Origin: Zygnema circumcarinatum SAG 698-1b | Lineage: Eukaryota > Plantae > Zygnematophyceae | Reading direction: 5' to 3' | DNA: 64,000 nucleotides | Assembly (NCBI GenBank): GCA_037447605.1 | Contig: CM074809.1 | Location: forward strand, 1,106,689-1,170,688 | Shown: in pieces, positions 56,492-64,000 of the stretch | Layout: each line of letters opens with the position of its first letter | How positions within the stretch are numbered: position 1 is the first letter of the stretch | Made by a program: the position numbers and the translations under genes | The notes under the pieces: generated by a model | What the model was told of the DNA's origin: nothing | What the model saw: only the letters and a program-made list of their open reading frames with translations | The model's database searches: none

Positions 56492-58455
56492 CTACCCATG
56501 ACGCTCATCCACAATCTCAAAAGCGACATTGTCCTTACTACGGAACACATGAGTTGTGTGATCCACAACCTGCAGCCACAGGAACAAACTCGGCGCTGTC
56601 ATAAGCTGACCAGTTTCCTTTCCGGGTTCGTCCCCTGCCTGCCTACTGCCTGCGCTCAAAGCTACTTCATTTCTGCACGCTCCATTATAAGAAGTGCGCT
56701 GCAGGACGATTGAAGGGCATTGGAAGTAAGGCCGCGAAAAGAAGGAAGAGATGCTCACATTTGTGTTGCTCAATTCCAAGTTACAAAAATCCATCGATGG
56801 GCCCTTGAAGAAGGGCCCCGCATGCCATGTGCCGATATGCAACTTCACCACTTGCGGGCCTTCTATGCGAAAAGCAACCACCTCCTCTGGACGTGGAGGA
56901 ATATACCAATGGCCAGCAGACGAACGTTCAGCTTGCAGTTCTCCACTGTCACCCTCTGGGGTAAAAAAGAAAAGGGAAGCATGAAAGTATAAGTGGAATT
57001 TGACTAAAAGTGTACATTTAGAAACATCAAGGAGGAGGAAAATATGCTGTCCATGTACTCCAACCTTCAAAACGACTGCTTCGTACAGGCAGTGGACATT
57101 GACAAAAAAATTGGACCATCGAACGAGTGTGCCTTATTCATTTCCTACTTTGTTGCTTGCCAGCCAATTCTTCACTTAAGCCGACTCAACTACCAATGAA
57201 TCGTTTACAATTTAATTGACCGCTATGGGCAGAAAGGACGAGCCAATGCCAATTCGCTCTTTCCTGATCCGCAAAAAAAATTGTATCGCTAAATTGCATG
57301 CCTAGTTGATTGTTCTGTTCTGTAACAGAGCCCAAAGTTTCCCAATCCTGAGATGAAAGCTGCATGAACCTCGCATGCATAAGCAGTTTGCAAGATGCCA
57401 CTGTTTGACACCGTAAGAGTTTGGGGGCAAAACCTGAAGGAGACGAGGCACCCTTTAGTGATGGCGGGGCAACAGCAAGATACCACGCATCTGTCGCTAC
57501 TCCAATGGCGCCCAAGCATTGAGTGACATACGCATGATGGGTGATGCGGTCGAATTTTAAAGGCTTATCTCGCAGCCGCATCACATACACCCTGCATCAA
57601 AAACATCACCACTGCAGATAAAGAATCATAGACCCTGCCGGCTTAGGGGGGTATCGTTAGAAACCTTGACCCCTCCGGTTCTGCCTTAGGAGAACGAAAA
57701 ATTCCACGAAAGGTCGGCACAAGCATATTGACAATGCAGAAGTAGCCAAGCACTAGCCCTAACCATAATCATGAAAGGAATGTCTGTATTAATAAATAGC
57801 AAAAGTTCGAACTGATATTGGTCGTTTCAAGAACGCATAAGACGAATTGTAGGGTAACCAACCTTGGAATTCCATGCGAAAGGTCCAAGCTCGCATCCTC
57901 AGGGCCAAACTGCGTTCCATCTTCAGTGGGGGCTACCACTTGCCCAAATGGAGCAAAGCTTTCTGGTGTTAAGTCCTGCGCCTTCAGCATCAATACTCGA
58001 ACCTCCACAGAGCTAGACTTGTCATATTCTTCTTCAGAGTCGGTTCTCGAATCAATGCTATTCCCTGAGTCTATGGAAGAAGCTGGCTTACTCTCTACCC
58101 CTTCTTGCCCCAAACTGGCAGCTTCTCCAGATGCGATTGCAGCGATTCCATCGATGGCACTACCTGCTGCAGACGCGCAAATGCTAACAGAAAGACTATG
58201 CTTTTTCAATAAACGGACTCCTCGCTTCAAAGTCAAGGAGCAGTGTTCTACAGAACTAGAATTCCACAGTGAATTACGTGATACTGGACAAAATATGGTG
58301 TTCCTTTGAAGCCTCTTAACAAACTTATTTTCTCGTTGACGGTTCAAGCAAAGCGCAGAGCCCTTCACCTGCCGCATATCCAGCATGAAGCCGTTTGCCT
58401 TTTGCCCTCGCCATATCCACGAGCAGGCTGTTTGCTGTGAAGCCAACACTTCCAT
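56492..58455 (-). CDS. Ureidoglycolate hydrolase/lyase-like cupin with a long N-terminal extension
   Basis: Exons 57863-58455, 57434-57591, 56759-56955, 56492-56569. Motifs LTPESFAPFGQV, LDLSHGIPR, ITHHAYVTQCLG, VKLHIGTWHAGP, NLELSNTNVVDHTTH match the plant AllA/DAL3-like family as I recall it. Confidence 0.88.
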
Positions 58456-58725
58456 CCCCTCCCAGAACGTTCTTCACAAAGTTCAAGATTGAACAACTGG
58501 GTGAGGTTTCACTGCAGGGAGGTGAAGCAGGCGATGTCTCTGACGCGATCAACGCAAGAACTTCGTAGCAAAATGAACGAAACGAAATTACGGCCAGAAA
58601 AAAACACTACTGTATGCTGCTTGCCCTAGAAGGGCTTCCTCTGGTCCTGCACTTCGCACGGAAACTATGGCGACATAAGTTTTAAGGTTCCGTGAAGGCC
58701 CCTCTCTCCGACGAGACAGAGTTGG

Positions 58726-61643
58726 ATGCTTGCCAAAGACTGCTTTCTTGGAAATATTGTTCGTTTGGCGATCAGCTCATGGCCTCCCAATGTTCATATA
58801 AAACTTTTCTCGATGCTCCTGGAAAGCAGTTTGAGGCTTCATGGGCATCAGAAGCCCATAGAAGGACTATCGGAAAGAGCGGGACAACGGCTTCAGGGAG
58901 ATGCATACGGAGTCCAGACGATAGGCATGGGGGGCTCAGGAAGCTCCGGTGGGCTTCGGTGCAGGCAAATGTCAAGTGCAGGTGAGGCATTGGAGCAAGC
59001 ACGAGGGAACTCAGGATTTTCTGGGACTCTGTTGGCTTGTTGAAGGCTGCGCCTGCCAAAGTTATAGGTCTAGAGCATGTTGAGATTATCGAAGCTCATT
59101 GTCCAAAAGACTGATCTCTGCTAGTATATGATGCCTTGAATTGTCGAAGGGACGAGTAAAATGCTCCAGCTTACACTCATGCATTTGTCAAAGAAAATTC
59201 TGAAATAAAATGTTTTTTCCGTAGTCACGGTGCATTTCATGTATCCTCTTTCTTCGTTCGCAATAAAAAATCACTTTCATTTCAGGAATGGATATGTTTC
59301 CTACATGACATTTCAATACTAGCCTTCATCAATGAACATAAAATACCCATTTACAAAGACGAAGCTCGAAGACTTATTTGGATGTGTGGGGAAAGCCTGA
59401 GGCTTTTTGTAGAGCACAGAGGGGGCCTCCAAAATGCAGCTATCGCGACTTCAACAACCAGCCTGAAGCCGATGTGGACGACCCAAAAGCACTGCCGCAA
59501 TTATTGGTGTTGGGGAGAGAGGGTGAACAGCCGCCCCTTCGTGGGGCTCACCGAGTGGGCGATGTGGTGGTAGGGAAATACCGCATCATTGGAATTTTGG
59601 GTCAGGGTGGACTGGGGACTATGTATGAGGCAGTTACACCTGATGGAGAATCCGTAGCTTTGAAGGCTATGACGTTACGAGCCATGAAGGGATGGAAGGT
59701 GAGGGTCCTTCACATGCTGTAGGCCATTTCTCCATGAGTGCAGCGACTATTTGCCCCCCTCCGGTTCAAACCTTTTCGTAAACAACTGCTGTCACAATGT
59801 TTCTTGCACTTCAACTAGTGATTGCAACTTGTCAGTTTTTGTGCGGTGGTGGTCGTACAATACGAGGACTACGGTATAAACCTAGAGGGTAAAAAAGTCC
59901 GTTAACAATATGCTTGCGAAATACTTTTAGGGTTGAGTTTAGCAAGCACCAGGCAGCGAGATCGAGAAAAAGCAGTCCTAGAAACTACCTTTCAAGTATT
60001 GTCATTATGGAATGCAATCGCATCGCTTACCATACTTCTTAAGATCCATTAAGTTCTTTGAATACAACTTGGGCCGACGTCTTCTCGCTAATTGGCAGAG
60101 GTTGTAAGGACCCGAGGTCTCCTTGACAGCGCTACATCTATGTGCGAAACTTCATAAGGACCTTTCTATTTCCTATATGTTTCAAACAAACCATTAGCAA
60201 TTCGACAGAAAAACAGGGCAGCGAAGGAGGTCAAAGGAGGCTCGTGCGGAAGCTCTTTTAGTTTCCGGACTCTTTGCTTATGGAAGTTATAACTGCTTGC
60301 AGGAATTGGACCTTTTTGAAAGGGAAGCCAGAGTTCTACGCTCTCTTAAGCATTCCAACATCCCGGAATACATTGACCATTTTGAGGTCTGTCACACCAT
60401 CCATTGTAATTTGGAGATAGAGTATAATGCTGTCAGCTTTCGACTAGCAAGACATTCTCAGAACATGTAGCATTCTTTGCACACCGAGACAGATGCAATC
60501 AAGACTACCTGCTGTGTGTTGCAAGCGATTGAGAGTATTGAAACATGCTCAAGGAAATAGCTTGGAGAGAAGGGGCTAACAGCTATCTGCAGGATTTTTT
60601 TCGTGCCACAATGTGAATCCAGCTCCACATTTTGCATAGTCCTTGTCTACTGTGAATAACGACTAACTGATCATTCTATTTTGATTTGTGAAAGCAGGTC
60701 GATACAGAGACAGATAGGTGGTTTTATCTGGTGCAAAAAGTAGCCCTTGGTCGGTCGTTGGCCGATCTTGTTGCATCAGGATGGCGGGTCAGTGAAGAAG
60801 AAGTAATCAAAATTGCTCTTCAGGTAAAGTCCACAGCTTAGCTTCAACAAATGCATATGAAATGTGGTTTGATTCAAATGGATGTCTGAACCGCTGCAGC
60901 AGAATATAGTTTTAACTCGTTCCTTATTTGGCAATCCTGGCTCCTTCGCTGTTTTTCACTACGTTTCCTAATTGAAGCCTGATTGACAATATAGATAGAA
61001 GAAGAGCAGCAATACGGCTTACATATCTGAACACTGCCAAGTTTGGTTGTACAGGTCCTCGAGGTTTTGCAGTACCTTGAAAGCCTGCGCCCGCCTGTGG
61101 TCCATCGCGATATTAAGGTACATGTACTCTGCTGAACCAAATCAAAGGGGCAAAAAATGCCGTCAAAAGGTCCAATTTTCTCTGATTAACAAAACCATAT
61201 GCTTAAGTTATCCAGAAGATACATGGTTTCTGTTCTGTTTCCTTTTTTCCTTTTTGCCAGAAAGAGGTTCCCTTGGCATGTGGACAATGGTTTCTCGGAA
61301 GCTTGAGTGTGACTTGACTTGAGTCCTTTTCCTCCTTATCATCCGCAGCCGGAGAATATCATTCTGGATGAAGCAAGTGGAGCAGTGAAAGTGGTCGATT
61401 TTGGAGCCGTCCAAGAGGCTATCGCATCGACTTTTGTGGGCAGCACTGTTGTTGGGACGGTGAGATCTTGTTCTCTAACATTATCAAACTTCCACTTTTT
61501 CCTTTTCACAGAAAGGGCTGGGCATCACACTAGATTGAAGAAACTAGCTTTGGCACAACAGTTCATTTTCGATATGAGAGGTTCTAGCAAAGCAGTTAGT
61601 GGGTTTAAGGAACTAGAAATCTTCCTTTCTCTCTCTCTCTCAC

Positions 61644-61674
<31 letters not shown>

Positions 61675-63902
61675 AACTTCCCTCCCTTTTAATTTTTCTT
61701 TATCATGGTATGGGGTACAGTACGGGTATATGGCTCCCGAGCAGTTTCAGAACCGTGCTGGCCCACAGTCTGATCTCTATGCTCTTGGAGGGACCATTTT
61801 GTTCCTTCTCTCTGGACGGGCCCCCTCCTCCTTCCCGCAGGTTAGTCACCTTCTAGTCATGCTTTGGCTCGTGAAAAGTTGGTCTGTGTCATGAGTATGT
61901 ATGTATGTTCGAATTTTGTGAGTGTGATAGGCTCTTATCTTTACGACCCACTTGTTGATACATATCAGCCTGGAAATTTTCGAGGTTGACGAGTGCCAAA
62001 CGAGATTTTTACAGTTCTATTATCGTAGGGAAAGTTAAAGTAAGGACCTCTACGATTTTTTTGCTAAGGCTTCCATTGTGGCCGGGCTTGTGCAGAAAAG
62101 GTTGAAATTAGATTTCCGTGGCAGTGTGAGGATGAGCCAACCATTGGCATCAGCACTGGAACGCCTTCTGGAGCCAATCATTGAGGACCGTTTCCAGGTA
62201 TTCAGTACTGTAGTTGCTGCTCCTAATCTGCTTCACTCCCCTCCCAAGTATTGGGCTTTCTCTTGCTTTGCAAAGCCATTCCAGATTAAATTTATGTGCT
62301 ACCCCCATTTCTCGACAGCACCTCAGCTCTTCCAAAATTTTGCTCCTTATACCTCATTTTTTTTTCTCATCTACGCTCATACTTGTGTGGGTGACAGTCA
62401 GCAGCACAGGCAACGGAGGCTCTCAAAGAAATACTTGTTGGCAAAATTGCCGGTGGTGAAGTTCAGAGAAGTGAGCCCATATTTGAACTCGGTCGAGTAA
62501 AGCGACCGACGGGAACAAAAGTGGTGAGAACTGCAGGCATTAATGTATTTGTTAACTTCGCCCTGTCTTCTTGCACATGGACTTTAGCCGTTGACTGAAA
62601 CCACTCAGTCAGTTTATGGTTCAGATGATGGAGAAGAACAATGCGGAGCTGCTTATCAGCATTCCTCCACGAGGACTCACAGCGGAGACTGTAGGAAGTG
62701 GGACATTTGCAGTGGTGGGTTGGCCCTCTTGCCAGTCAGTAAATATGCTAATGTCCTAAAAAACCAAAATTCCCCTTCCACTCACTGCATGTGTTTCCCA
62801 TAGCAGATACTTAGTGCTGAACTTCTTTCTTAAACAACCCCAATAAGCTGTCCACTGGATGCAGGCATTCTCTCTGATTCGACCACAGTTGAGCCTTTGA
62901 GATTGATTGTTTTGCATCTTGTGCTGTTTGATGTTCAGGCATGGACTTCATTTGTTGGGTTTTGGACCGCTAGTGCTTTCACTGCGGGAGCTCCGCTTCT
63001 CTTCACTGCTTTCTCAATCCCGTTTTGGGCTGTGGGTGGCGGGTACAAAGCCTTACCTTCTTTGCTTGTTCTGAATTTAGACACTCCATTGAAGCCTGTG
63101 CATGAAAGATAAACTTCGTCTATACACATAAGCTTTGGGTTTCATTCGTTAGGGCAACACAGCTCACACTACTGCATTTGGGAAATGACATGCGGGCAAT
63201 TTTTCTTGACTATGATAGCCAATGGTAAGATTTGATTCTAGTTCGAACTGCGGTCTTCTCCTGACTATGCCACGTTACCAATTGCAGATTACTTCGTCAG
63301 GTTGTAAGCAATATAGCTGTTTCGGTTGACATGCGGATTGAAAAGAACGGCCGGTTCAGCATCGACTGGCATCTCGGAAGTATTTGGAAGCACAGGGTGG
63401 AGGGGCGAACCAGTGACATCAGCAGTGTACGCGTACTATCGACCGGGGTATTCCTCTCTCTCTCTCTCACTCCCTTACCATTTCGTTCTGTTGCAGATAG
63501 ATGTGGTGGGATTCCATTCTTTTTGCCGAATGCCGGATGTGCTGCATCTGTTTTAAAAACGTTCTTGACCTCCACTTCCTCTCGTTCGCAGTGATTCCTC
63601 CGTCTGCTTCGTTCCCCTCCATCCTGTGGTCTCTGCCTCTCCATAGCCTCCTCTTTTCTGTTTTCATCAGTTTCTCGTATGTGATGTTTGCTTCTTCTCT
63701 ATGGCTGTCTCCACAGACGGAGAATGGGCGACCCATCACTGTATGCGAGGTCCTTGAGGGCGTGCGCAGTCACTTATTTGGAGGAGGACTGCTCCTTGTT
63801 GAAGAGGAGTGGCTTGTCAGTGAACTCGCCGCCTTCCTCGGTTTACCTTTCGAGCCCTTCACTCCTCCAAGGATCGTGCGTTCGTCTATGGATGATTGGT
63901 GA
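58726..63902 (+). CDS. Ser/Thr protein kinase of cyanobacterial (Pkn2-like) type with C-terminal membrane region
   Basis: Start and first exon are uncertain. Supported exons: ~59413-59698, 60303-60386, 60698-60823, 61055-61117, 61349-61459, 61721-61840, 62096-62197, 62398-62523, 62625-62714, 62939-63042, 63288-~63447, 63717-63902. Motifs LGQGGLG, VALK, ELDLFEREARVL, VHRDIKPEN, VVDFGAVQ, GSTVVGTYGYMAPEQ, SDLYALG. Hydrophobic segment AWTSFVGFWT..FSIPFWAVG. Confidence 0.85.
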
Positions 63903-64000
63903 GAGGACAAGTTTGTAAATTTTTCAGGGCCGCTAAAATTTGTCTTGTAAATAGCCATTTCCAGTGCCTGTATAGTTTATTTGCCTCTACAAAATATGCT

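Overview
Intron-rich eukaryotic nuclear DNA, most likely from a non-seed streptophyte (charophyte-grade alga or similar). This is inferred from plant-like orthologues plus a two-module plastid-type D-Ala-D-Ala ligase. Eleven protein-coding genes can be reconstructed exon by exon from splice sites and frame: COG1 (5' truncated), DDL, a Mn-CDF/MTP transporter, SRP54, ARF1, MCMBP, CDC123, mitochondrial ATP synthase subunit g, an ERD6-like sugar transporter, a ureidoglycolate-hydrolase-like cupin and a cyanobacterial-type Ser/Thr kinase. A twelfth gene (49890-54362, minus) breaks the housekeeping pattern. It is a four-exon ~1260-aa fusion of an RLK/Pelle-type kinase with altered DFG, an MLKL-like four-helix bundle and ~17 Sel1 repeats. 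The Sel1 array contains a near-perfect 432-bp internal duplication and a decaying, telomere-repeat-interrupted 3' end, and the gene sits between two copies of the same CATG-rich compound satellite. This is the best candidate for an undescribed, fast-evolving immune or cell-death receptor-like system. No tRNA, rRNA, CRISPR array or intact transposon ORF was recognised.
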